Shown one piece after another: positions 36,200 through 46,299 of a DNA stretch of 64,000 bases. The translations under genes were made by a program, and so were the position numbers. Each line of letters starts with the position of its first letter. The first letter of the stretch is position 1. The notes beneath the pieces were generated by a model. That model had not been told where the DNA came from. It saw nothing but the letters and a program-made list of their open reading frames with translations, and searched no databases. The stretch is from an uncultured Oscillospiraceae bacterium (lineage in GTDB: Bacteria > Bacillota > Clostridia > Christensenellales > CAG-138): assembly GCA_964447605.1 (NCBI GenBank), contig CAYUTA010000009.1:1314-65313 (forward strand), given 5' to 3'.

Positions 36200-36822
36200 C
36201 CCCGCGCCCCCTCTCCGTCATCTTCGAATTCCATATCCACGACACAGTATCCGTATGCGTTGATGATGACCGTGTCGTGAAATACAAGCCTCCGCCCTTG
36301 ATCCGTGCGGTAGGTCAGGTGCTGGTGGCCGTGCAGGTGGTAGCATGGACGGTATCGCTCCAAAAACGTGCGGAAACAGGCAAACCCCTCGTGATAGCGG
36401 TCCTCGCCGTCGCCAAGTCCAAGCGCGGGCGCGTGCGTTACCAGCACGTCGCAGCGTCTGCCGCGGTTAAGCAACAGCATCCGGCGCAGTCGGACGTCCA
36501 TCGCCCGCTCGGAATAATTATTGACCTGCCGCCGCGCGCTTTTGCAGCCGCCAAATCCGGCAAAGCGCACGCCCTTGACCGTTATGGGCCGCTTTTCCAA
36601 ATCGACACAGCCCTCCGGCGGGGTTGCGTCATACCGCCCGTCGTGGTTACCGCGTACGTACAGCAGCGGCACGTTGAGCATGGTGACCAGAAAGGTCAGA
36701 TAATCCGGCGCAAGGTCCCCGCACGACACGATTAACTCTACGCCGGAAAATACGCTTTTATCAAAATAATCCCAGATATACGGACTTTCCTGATCGGCTA
36801 CAAGCAGGACGCGCAGGTTCAA
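36196..36822 (-). CDS. Metallophosphoesterase (calcineurin-like)
   Basis: 208 aa, TTG start after GGGAGAG. Motifs VSCGDL, VRGNHD, THAP, HLHGHQH. 4-nt overlap with the downstream ParB/BMP gene. Confidence 0.85.
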   Translation of the reverse strand: MNLRVLLVADQESPYIWDYFDKSVFSGVELIVSCGDLAPDYLTFLVTMLNVPLLYVRGNHDGRYDATPPEGCVDLEKRPITVKGVRFAGFGGCKSARRQVNNYSERAMDVRLRRMLLLNRGRRCDVLVTHAPALGLGDGEDRYHEGFACFRTFLERYRPCYHLHGHQHLTYRTDQGRRLVFHDTVIINAYGYCVVDMEFEDDGEGARG

Positions 36823-37185
36823 GCTCTCTCTCCCTTCACCGGCCTGTTATAAAACGGCTTGCCGGCCCATGCCGCAAACGCGGAAAATACCGCGGAGACC
36901 GGCGCAAACAGCTTCATCAGCACGAGCCGGCCGCCGCCGGTCAGCACACGCCGCACGCCTTTGCAAACCATTTTTGCAGTCAGCCGGCAAAAACAGGTCC
37001 GTCTTGATTACGGCCAAAACTGCCGGAAAAGCATTACTAGCGGGAGTATGTCGCCAATCCCGCACAAGATATTATACGGAAGGCGACTCAAAAACACAAG
37101 CATGGGCAAGCCGCGCACAGGCCGCCAAAAAACGTTTTTTCAACGGACTGGGGCGCGGCCCGGCCCAACTCCATAGCGTGTAAAT

Positions 37186-37755
37186 CTACTCCTGAGCTCC
37201 GTCCTGCCGTGCGGGCGCGGTCTGCGCATCGGCCGTTCCCGGCTGCGCGCCGTCGTCCTCAAAGTCAAAGGCCGATACGGGCAGGATGTGCCCGGCCTGC
37301 TTTGCCGCGTCCGCGCCTTTATACTGCTCGGCCCGTCTTGCCGCCGCATCCTTATCGGTCATCTTCCGCGTGACGACGATCATCACGACGATTCCGGCAA
37401 TCGCAAGGCCTGTGCATACATAGGTGATGATGTTGATCGTGGGGATGGTCAGAAAGCTGAATGATCCCAGGTCGCGCAGCGGTACCCAGTCATAACCGGC
37501 AGTCATGGTTTCCGTAGCGGGAATGACCTCCTCGTACGAATAGAAAACATACTTGACAAGGGAAATCAGGCCGTTGAACGTCATCACGGCCCCCAGCGCA
37601 ATGTAAAGCTTGCGCATGGTCTGGATAAACGTCTCCTCCATCCCCTTCTTGATGTTTTCAACGTTGTACAGGCGGCCTTTGCCGCGGATTCCCGCGACGA
37701 GCACGTACACGCCCATAGCGAGCAGCAGGTAGTCGAACAGTGACAGCGATTGCAT
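37186..37755 (-). CDS. Hypothetical membrane protein
   Basis: 189 aa. AAGGAG RBS. 4 predicted TM segments and a charged, disordered C-terminal tail. Confidence 0.5.
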   Translation of the reverse strand: MQSLSLFDYLLLAMGVYVLVAGIRGKGRLYNVENIKKGMEETFIQTMRKLYIALGAVMTFNGLISLVKYVFYSYEEVIPATETMTAGYDWVPLRDLGSFSFLTIPTINIITYVCTGLAIAGIVVMIVVTRKMTDKDAAARRAEQYKGADAAKQAGHILPVSAFDFEDDGAQPGTADAQTAPARQDGAQE

Positions 37756-37859
37756 GATGGTAACTTCTCCTTAGCAGTATTTCCAGTGTGGGCGCTTCCG
37801 CTCCCGGACGACAGGATGGTTTCTTTGTATAAAGCAACTCCGCTTCAAATGGGGTTTGC

Positions 37860-39251
<1,392 letters not shown>

Positions 39252-39280
39252 ACGACTGCCTCCTGTCATTAAGTAAAGAT

Positions 39281-39413
39281 ATGATAGCATAATTCCGGCA
39301 GGAATGTGCTGGAATGTGCCATCGTTTTCGGTTGCCGGCCACAGACGGCGGGAAAACGGGCGGCTTCCAATCCTGCGGAGCATAGGATAACCACGCAGTG
39401 GGTATTATAGCAT
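39281..39413. repeat. Palindromic intergenic repeat, copy 2 (between cysE and cysS)
   Basis: See 22565-22699. Minus strand starts with TGCTATAAT and ends with TGCTATCAT, about 30 nt before the cysS ATG. Confidence 0.8.
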
Positions 39414-39459
39414 AGCGGCCGGCCGTTGGGAACAGCCGCTTTCCTTTTTTATCCCGCTT

Positions 39460-40200
39460 TTATCCCGCACGGTCCGCCCTCTCCAAGCCCACCTGCCTTT
39501 GTTCGTCCTTTTGCGCAGCCTCCAGCGCTGAAACCCGCTCCGTCAGCGCATGAATCTGCTGCTGCACAGGGTCGGGCAGGTGCACCTGGTCGAGATCGAC
39601 GCCCGCTTCGCCCTGCCTGCCGTCACTGTGCGGACAGTCCGCCGCGTTTTGACAGGCGCAGCCGTCCGCACAGGTCGGTGGGCAGCCGTTCATGCGCACG
39701 ACATGCCCCGGCACGCCGACCACGGTTGCAAAGCGCGGCACGTCGGTCAGCACCACCGCGCCCGCGCCAATCTTGGCATAGTCTCCAACCGTCAGCGGGC
39801 CGAGCACCGCCGCGCCGGCGGAGATGGTCACATGGTTGCCGATTGTTGGGTGGCGCTTACCCGTTTCCTTGCCCGTTCCGCCGAGCGTCGCGCCCTGGTA
39901 CAGCGTCACGTCGTCGCCGATCGCAGTTGTTTCCCCAACGACCACGCCCATGCCATGATCGATGAACAACCGCTTACCAATGACCGCCGCGGGGTGGATA
40001 TCCACGCCCGTAAAAAAACGGCACCATTCGGAAACCAGCCGCGCAAGCCCTTTCATCCCGTGGGTATACAAAAAATGCGCGAGCCGGTATTCCCGTACCG
40101 CACGGAAGCCCGGATAGCAAAACAGCACCTCGAGCGTGCTCCGGCAGGCCGGGTCGCGGTCGCGCACACAGCGAATATCATTACGAAAGTTGTTGAACAT
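39460..40200 (-). CDS. cysE: Serine O-acetyltransferase
   Basis: Trimmed to MFNNFRNDIRCVRDRDPA.... Hexapeptide repeats (IHPAAVIGKRLFIDHGMGVVVGETTAIGDDVTLYQGATLGG). C-terminal DLDQVHLPDPV plus helical tail as in Firmicute CysE. Confidence 0.92.
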   Translation of the reverse strand: MFNNFRNDIRCVRDRDPACRSTLEVLFCYPGFRAVREYRLAHFLYTHGMKGLARLVSEWCRFFTGVDIHPAAVIGKRLFIDHGMGVVVGETTAIGDDVTLYQGATLGGTGKETGKRHPTIGNHVTISAGAAVLGPLTVGDYAKIGAGAVVLTDVPRFATVVGVPGHVVRMNGCPPTCADGCACQNAADCPHSDGRQGEAGVDLDQVHLPDPVQQQIHALTERVSALEAAQKDEQRQVGLERADRAG

Positions 40201-40223
40201 ACACTTTTCTCCATTCAATAAAA

Positions 40224-40550
40224 TAAAAAACGCAATCGTCCGAATATAAAGACGAATGCGCTCCGTGGTTCCACTTTATTTGGGGCAGATCTGCCCCCGC
40301 TCAACCCGCATGGATTATCATATGCGGCCCGCGTTAACGCCGCGGCATGCGTCCGCCGGTACTTGGCCTGTTCTGCCTTTGTCGGCGGCGGCTATGGGAG
40401 GCACTTCCCCGCAGGCTTTGTTCGGAGCAGCTTACAGCCAACGGCCGCTCTTCTCTGGAGCACAAAGCGGAAAACGGGTACTCTTTCCCAATCACTGCCT
40501 TTGTTCGATGGACTCCGGCACCGCGGACAAGGTCCGCATAACCGGAGATA
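40224..40550 (-). promoter_or_regulatory. T-box leader (tRNA-sensing riboswitch) of the cysE-cysS operon, with terminator
   Basis: Minus strand has a GGGAAAGAGTACC stem-I base, a CCAGAGAAG bulge, the T-box sequence AAATAAAGTGGAACCACGGAG (40283-40261) and a terminator CGCATTCGTC...GACGATTGCG + TTTTTT (40260-40224). Promoter TTGACA-18-TATCAT at 40587-40558. UGC triplet candidates are present but the specifier is not assigned. Confidence 0.6.
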
Positions 40551-40758
40551 CTCTAGTATGATATGTGATGGCGCAAATGTTTGTCAAGCCTGAGTTGCAA
40601 AGGCGCACAACAAACGCATGAACCCTGCGTTTTTGTGCGTTTGCGCAGGAATGACGCGGCTTCTCAAAAAATTTTGGCGAGCCTGTAACGGTCGCGTGCG
40701 GATTATGCGCCGCGCCTTTCCGCGCGGTGAAGCGCCCGCTTACACATCGGAGGCGCGT

Positions 40759-41332
40759 TTACAGCGCCAGCGACCAGATCCATTCGGAAATATAGGGCTG
40801 AATAAAAAACGGCGCCGCGAATGCGAGCGCCAATATCAGGATCAATTCCCAGGTGTTTTGAGCTCCGCCGCTCACGCATACGGCTGCCGGCCGGGTCCGG
40901 TTTCCGGTGAGCGCACGTGCCGCGGCATAACCGGCAAGCGCTCCAGCCGTATTGGCTATCAGGTTGTCCACGTCCGTCACCCGGAACGTAAAAATCCACA
41001 TGATTTCGATCTATGCGGACAGACAAAGTCCAAACAGAAGCGTACGCTTTAGGGAATGAAATCTCTCCCGGAGCAACGGCGCCAAAAACCCCATTGGGAC
41101 AAACAGCAGGATGTTAAGAAACTTGTTTTTTGCGTACCCGAGCGGATTGTACGCCGCATCCGGAAACGGAACGCAGTTGAAGGATAAGTCCAGCCTCAGC
41201 GAACGCGCGGATGGGACTCCGTTCGCTGAATAACCGGCGGCGACATAGGAAGCAAACAAAAGCTTTTGCCGCGCGCACGCGCCTGCCGCAGACCGCCTCG
41301 TAAAGCAGCAACAACGGCGCAAGCAAAACCAT
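40759..41332 (-). pseudogene. VanZ-family membrane protein gene with an in-frame TAG and a probable frameshift
   Basis: ...NILLFVPMGFLAPLL...LLFGLCLSA-TAG(41013-41011)-IEIMWIFTFRVTDVDNLIANTAGALAGY matches the VanZ pattern across the stop. The N-terminal TM (MVLLAPLLLLYEAV...) lies in another frame. Confidence 0.6.
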
Positions 41333-41857
41333 GGTTCAGCCGACGTCGATTCCAATGGATCATAACCTGAGCATGTGTCGATTCCTTTCCAACCCAATAT
41401 CCGTTCTCAGCAATATAGCATATTGTCGGTCGGCACAACCCGAAGGGTGCCTTAAGTATTCCTTAAAATTCAATTCGATTTGTTTATGGACAGGACAAGC
41501 CGTATAAGCTCCGCCCGAAAGGGCGACAAGCAGCGTTTTTAACAACGCCGGCTGCCGCTTCAGAACCCGCGGCTGCTGCATAAAAACGTTGCCAAACGAA
41601 ACAAAAGAGCCCTGCGCGCGGCAAAAAATCGGTCCGTGCGCAATTTTTATCGTCGCCGCAAAAGGCGCGGCGCAGCCGCAGGTTGATTCAGCCCTGCGCG
41701 CCGCGGTTCAATTCGCCATAAAATTTTCTTATTGTTTGGGGTATAATATGGTATAATTGTTTTTAAAGAAGCTTTCTCAACAGCTCTGCGCCTTTTAATA
41801 ACGGTATGCGGCTTGGACGGCGGGCTTCTCAACAGGCCTGTTAAGGAGGGTTTTGCT

Positions 41858-42466
41858 ATGACATTTTTGCAGATGCTCGGCCCGGCCGCCGTGCCGACGC
41901 TCATCTGTTTGGCCATCGGCCTGATCATGCTGATTATCGAGCTGTTTACGCCCGGTTTCGGCGTGGCCGGCATCGCCGGGCTGGTTTGCCTGGCCGCGTC
42001 GATCCTCATGCAGTATGTTTGGGGAAACGCGCGCGTGGCCACCTATCTGCTGGCAATCGTGCTGCTCGTCATCCTGTTGACAATCCTGTGGTTTGTGCGC
42101 TCGTTCCAGCGCGGCAGGCTGAGCCGTTCGTTCCTTGTGCTCAACGACAGCATCGACGGCGCTTCCGTGCCCGATGTTGCCGCCGCCAGAGCCGAGTATA
42201 TTGGTAAAATCGGCGTGACCGTCACGCCGCTGCGTCCTTCGGGCATCGCGCAGATTGGCGGCGCCCGGCTCGACGTGATGGCGACGGGTACGTTTATTGA
42301 GCAGGGACAACCGGTTGAAGTCGTCAACGCCGAGGGGATGCACATCCTCGTACGGGAAGTTCCGCAGGACGCCGCAGCGGAGGACGTCTCCGATGTGGAG
42401 GCCTGCCTGTCCGCCGACGATGCGCAGGCCGCATCCGCCCCCGCGGAGGACCCGTCCGCGCAATGA
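41858..42466 (+). CDS. NfeD-family membrane protein
   Basis: Trimmed to MTFLQML... behind AAGGAGGG. TM bundle plus C-terminal OB-like domain (IGKIGVTVTPLRPSGIAQIGGARLDVMATGTFIEQGQPVEVV). Confidence 0.8.
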   Translation: MTFLQMLGPAAVPTLICLAIGLIMLIIELFTPGFGVAGIAGLVCLAASILMQYVWGNARVATYLLAIVLLVILLTILWFVRSFQRGRLSRSFLVLNDSIDGASVPDVAAARAEYIGKIGVTVTPLRPSGIAQIGGARLDVMATGTFIEQGQPVEVVNAEGMHILVREVPQDAAAEDVSDVEACLSADDAQAASAPAEDPSAQ

Positions 42467-42675
42467 AATACTGTAAAAAATGCGGCGTGCTCCATTCCGG
42501 GTTGCTGGAGCAGTGTCCCAAGTGTAACGCCATGCTGGCCGGGCATGAGGAGCCGCCCGCGCCCGAAGCGCCCAAGGCGGTCCGGGTACGGCAATGGATT
42601 GCCCTTTGTGTCGGCATTCCCGCGTTCATCGGCGTGCTGTATCTGGTCATCGGCTGGCTCGTTTCGCGGGTCTAA
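42463..42675 (+). CDS. Small zinc-ribbon + TM protein
   Basis: 70 aa. ATGA overlap with nfeD. MKYCKKCG...CPKCN ribbon, Pro-rich linker, C-terminal TM. Confidence 0.55.
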   Translation: MKYCKKCGVLHSGLLEQCPKCNAMLAGHEEPPAPEAPKAVRVRQWIALCVGIPAFIGVLYLVIGWLVSRV

Positions 42676-42786
42676 GCCCCGCGCAAGACGCCTGCAGATA
42701 CGTGTTTTGACCGCTTTCCGCGCCGGAAACGGCGCTGGTCGGCGGCATGAAACCATACTAAAATAAACTGCTGGAGGTAACAAACC

Positions 42787-43764
42787 ATGTTTGGTCCTAT
42801 TTTCATCATCGTACTGGTCATTGTATTTCTGATTCTGTTCTTCACGTTTGTGCCGCTCGGGCTGTGGATCTCGGCGCGCGCGTCCGGCGTGAAAATCGGC
42901 ATTGCGCAGCTGGTCGCCATGCGTGTGCGTAAGGTCGTTCCTTCGCGCATCGTCAACCCCATGATCAAGGCAACCAAGGCCGGGCTGGATGTTTCCATCA
43001 ATAAGCTCGAGGCGCATTATCTGGCGGGCGGCAATGTGGACCGCGTCATCAACGCACTCATTGCCTCACAGCGCGCGGGCATTCCGCTCGGCTTTGAGCA
43101 GGCGTGCGCCATCGACCTGGCCGGCCGCGACGTGCTCAACGCCGTACAGATGAGCGTCAACCCCAAGGTCATCGAAACCCCGGTCATCGCGGCGGTCGCC
43201 ATGAACGGCATCGAGCTGCGCGCCAAGGCGCGCGTTACCGTGCGCGCGAACATCGACCGCCTTGTCGGCGGCGCGGGTGAAGAGACCATCATCGCCCGCA
43301 TCGGCGAGGGCATCGTGACCACCGTCGGCAGCGCGTCCAGCCACAAGGACGTGCTGGAAAACCCGGACCGGATTTCCCGCACCGTTTTGAGCAAGGGCCT
43401 TGACGCGGGCACGGCGTTTGAGATTCTTTCCATCGATATTGCGGATGTGGACGTTGGCCGCAACGTTGGCGCGCAGCTGCAAATCGACCAGGCAGAGGCA
43501 GACAAGCGCATTGCGCAGGCCAAGGCCGAGGAGCGCAGGGCAATGGCCGTTGCACAGGAGCAGGAGAACATCGCCGCCGTGCAGGGCATGCGCGCGCGCG
43601 TTATTGAGGCGGAGGCCGAGGTCCCCAAGGCTTTGGCGTTTGCGTTCCGCGAGGGCCGCATCGGCGCACTGGACTATTACAACATGCAGAACGTGATTTC
43701 GGACACCGATATGCGCAACGCCATTACCAAGGGCACCAAACCGGTGGAACCTGAAAAGAAATAA
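42787..43764 (+). CDS. floA: Flotillin-like protein FloA
   Basis: 325 aa. [40 protein letters not shown]...[26 protein letters not shown] is the FloA/YqfA signature. Confidence 0.92.
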   Translation: MFGPIFIIVLVIVFLILFFTFVPLGLWISARASGVKIGIAQLVAMRVRKVVPSRIVNPMIKATKAGLDVSINKLEAHYLAGGNVDRVINALIASQRAGIPLGFEQACAIDLAGRDVLNAVQMSVNPKVIETPVIAAVAMNGIELRAKARVTVRANIDRLVGGAGEETIIARIGEGIVTTVGSASSHKDVLENPDRISRTVLSKGLDAGTAFEILSIDIADVDVGRNVGAQLQIDQAEADKRIAQAKAEERRAMAVAQEQENIAAVQGMRARVIEAEAEVPKALAFAFREGRIGALDYYNMQNVISDTDMRNAITKGTKPVEPEKK

Positions 43765-43779
43765 AAAGGGCGGATTCGT

Positions 43780-44355
43780 ATGGATTTACTCTTAATTCTA
43801 CTCGGTATTATCTGGGTGGCGGTTTCCGCCGTCAACAGGAAAAAGCGTAAGGAGGCGCAGGAGGAAGCTGCGCGCAAACAAGCGCAGGCGCAGGAGGGCT
43901 CGTCCTCCGCGCCCATGCAGCGCCGGCAGCCGCCGAGCACGTTTGACCCGTACTTTGGCGGCGCCGTAACGCCCGCCGCACCGGCGTCCAAACCGGCTGC
44001 GCCGCGCCAGGCAATCGATACCACGCTGCAAAAGCGCGTTTCAGAAGCGCCGCAGACCCGTACGCGCGAAGCGGTCGGAACGCGGGTGCATGCAACGAGC
44101 GAAAAACGTCATACGCTTGAAGCAAGCAGCCTGACCGGCCATGCGCATACGGAAAGCAGTCTGACCGGCATCGTGGAGGAGTGCCCGCCAAAGGCGCCGC
44201 AGACGCAGCCGGCGCAGGCGCCCGCTTTCCCGCGGCCGGGCATGCCGGCCGCAGACGCGCCTGCACCATTCAACTGGAATGTGTCGGAGGTGACACGCGG
44301 GCTGGTGCTCGCCGAAATACTCGGCAAACCCAAGGCGCTGAAAAATCGGGCATGA
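43780..44355 (+). CDS. Membrane-anchored low-complexity protein
   Basis: 191 aa. N-terminal TM, then a long Ala/Pro/Gln-rich disordered region with an internal E(A/S)SSLTG repeat and a short conserved-looking C-terminal helix (VTRGLVLAEILGKPKAL). Confidence 0.5.
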   Translation: MDLLLILLGIIWVAVSAVNRKKRKEAQEEAARKQAQAQEGSSSAPMQRRQPPSTFDPYFGGAVTPAAPASKPAAPRQAIDTTLQKRVSEAPQTRTREAVGTRVHATSEKRHTLEASSLTGHAHTESSLTGIVEECPPKAPQTQPAQAPAFPRPGMPAADAPAPFNWNVSEVTRGLVLAEILGKPKALKNRA

Positions 44356-45764
44356 CCAAGGCCAAGCGAAATATGGTTTTCTGGAAAAGGGTACTGTTTA
44401 CGGCTGTACCCTTACTGTTGCTCTTGATTTTCTATACCGTATGGATGCTGACGCAGGCTCCCGTAGAACTGCCTGCGCAGCTTGCGGCAGCCGCAATCAC
44501 CTTTTTATTTGCACTGCTCGGCTTGCGTTTCATTCCGCAGTGGATGGATGCCTGGAGCGTTAAGCCGTGGCAACCCGTCCGCCCTTCCGTAGGCAAGCGC
44601 AGCGGACGGCACGACAAACTGCATCCTTTTTTGCAGATTATCCTGTGCCTGACGGCGTTTCGCCTTCTGCTGTTTGTCCTCGCGTATGGAATGGTATACC
44701 TGCGCGACGGTTACGTTGGCGGGGTGTTCGATACGCTCGAAGTTTGGAACATGCTCGGCACGGACGGGCGGCATTACCTGAAGATTGCGGAAAACTGGTA
44801 TGTTTCCTCCGGCGACGACCGGCTGCTGCTGGTATTCATGCCGCTGTATCCCATACTGGTGCGCATCTTCCACTATGTGTTTCAAAATTATCTCACCAGC
44901 GGGCTGTTCGTTTCCAACGTATGCTGTGTGTTTGCGGGCTATCTGTTCTATGAGCTTGCGCTGTTGGATATGGATAAAAAATCGGCCCTGCGCTCGCTCA
45001 AGTTCCTCTTCCTGCTTCCTGCTTCGTTCCTGTTCAGCGCGCCGCTTTCAGACAGCCTGTTTTTGCTGTTGAGCGTTTGCTGCGTCTACTTCATGCGCAA
45101 GGATCGCTACCTGCTGAGCGGCATCATGGGGCTGCTTGCCTCGTTTACACGCATGCCGGGCATTCTGCTCATGGTTCCCGTATGCTTTGAGCTGGTCGGC
45201 AAGTGCGTCCGTGAGGCGCCCGAACTGCGCGCCCGCGCCGGCGCACGCTGGCGGCGCGGCATCATCGGCAGGGTTTGCTGCATGCTGCTCATCCCCCTGG
45301 GCTTTGGGCTGTATCTGCTGATCAACAACGCCGTTTCCGGGGAGCCGCTGATGTTTTTAACCTATCAGCGCGCGCACTGGCACCAGCAGATGGGCTGGTT
45401 TTTCAGCACGGTGGCAACACAGGCCAAGAACGCCGTCGATGCGGCTTCCACAAATCCCGATATGCTTTGGGGACTCTGGATTCCCAACCTTGTATATCTG
45501 TTCGCCTCGCTGGGCATTGTGGCCGCCGCGCAAAAAAAGCTGCGCGCCTCCCATGTGGCATATTTCATCATATACTATCTGGTATGTATGGGCGCGACGT
45601 GGCTGTTAAGTGCGCCGCGCTATCTGACGGCATGCTATCCCCTTGCGCTTTCGATGGGCGCCTTGACGGGCAAGCGCTGGGCCAACGTGCTTGCAACGCT
45701 TCTGTGCGTTAGTTTGCAGCTGCTTTACCTGCTTGCCTATGTAAATCAATGGTATGTATACTAG
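44352..45764 (+). CDS. Polytopic membrane protein, GT-C-type (PIG-V/mannosyltransferase-like) glycosyltransferase candidate
   Basis: Trimmed to MTKAKRNMVFWKR... (ATGA overlap with the upstream gene). About 10 TM segments. GTDGRHYLKIAENWY...FMPLYPILVR resembles GT-C enzymes. The assignment is tentative. Confidence 0.45.
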   Translation: MTKAKRNMVFWKRVLFTAVPLLLLLIFYTVWMLTQAPVELPAQLAAAAITFLFALLGLRFIPQWMDAWSVKPWQPVRPSVGKRSGRHDKLHPFLQIILCLTAFRLLLFVLAYGMVYLRDGYVGGVFDTLEVWNMLGTDGRHYLKIAENWYVSSGDDRLLLVFMPLYPILVRIFHYVFQNYLTSGLFVSNVCCVFAGYLFYELALLDMDKKSALRSLKFLFLLPASFLFSAPLSDSLFLLLSVCCVYFMRKDRYLLSGIMGLLASFTRMPGILLMVPVCFELVGKCVREAPELRARAGARWRRGIIGRVCCMLLIPLGFGLYLLINNAVSGEPLMFLTYQRAHWHQQMGWFFSTVATQAKNAVDAASTNPDMLWGLWIPNLVYLFASLGIVAAAQKKLRASHVAYFIIYYLVCMGATWLLSAPRYLTACYPLALSMGALTGKRWANVLATLLCVSLQLLYLLAYVNQWYVY

Positions 45765-46299
45765 CGTAAAAGAGCTGTTTATCATCTATCTGGCCTTTTT
45801 AAAAATCGGCGCATTCATGTTCGGCGGCGGCTACTCGATGCTGCCGCTGTTAACGCGCGAACTGGTGGACAAGCAGGGCTGGGTAACGGAGGCGGAACTG
45901 CTCGATTACTTTGCCATTGCGCAGTGCACTCCGGGGATCATTGCGGTCAATACCGCGACGTTCGTTGGGCAGAAGCGGCGCGGCCTGCCCGGCGGCGCGG
46001 TTGCCACGCTGGGCGTAATTACCGTACCCGTTGTACTGATTCTTTTGATTGCCGCCGTGCTGATCGGCCTGTGGCACCATCCCCTTCTGACGCATGCGTT
46101 CGCGGGCGTGCGCGTCGCAGTTTCCGCGCTGATTCTTTCCGCCGTGGTGCGCATGGTGCGCGCAAGCGTGAAAAATCTGTTTGGAATCGCATTGGCCGCG
46201 CTCAGCTTTGTGCTCGTTGGGATTCTTAACCTCTCGCCCGCGCTCGCGGTGATCATTGCCGCGGCCGCGGGGTTGATTTACGCGAGGTTCAAGCCATGA
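45754..46299 (+). CDS. Chromate transporter (CHR) family protein, first half-size subunit
   Basis: 181 aa. FLKIGAFMFGGGYSMLPLL...AIAQCTPGIIAVNTATFVG. Confidence 0.85.
   Translation: MYTSVKELFIIYLAFLKIGAFMFGGGYSMLPLLTRELVDKQGWVTEAELLDYFAIAQCTPGIIAVNTATFVGQKRRGLPGGAVATLGVITVPVVLILLIAAVLIGLWHHPLLTHAFAGVRVAVSALILSAVVRMVRASVKNLFGIALAALSFVLVGILNLSPALAVIIAAAAGLIYARFKP

Noticed and set aside
36823-37060. ZTP (pfl)-like element in the metallophosphoesterase leader (GGGATTGGCGACATACTCCCGC resembles the GGGxxxACUGGCG 5' subdomain).
   Set aside because: The 3' pseudoknot partner CCGCCUGGGC is absent. The resemblance is limited to a few bases.
39460-39690. C-terminal extension of CysE (Cys-rich GCPPTCADGCACQNAADCPH, then DLDQVHLPDPV and a coiled coil).
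   Set aside because: The DLPDP motif plus helical tail is a normal feature of Firmicute CysE (for example the Bacillus subtilis enzyme). Only the short Cys-rich insert is unusual, and it has no supporting context.
41011-41013. Reading the in-frame TAG in vanZ as pyrrolysine.
   Set aside because: No pyl genes or methylamine methyltransferases are in the window. The gene also carries a frameshift, so simple inactivation is more parsimonious.
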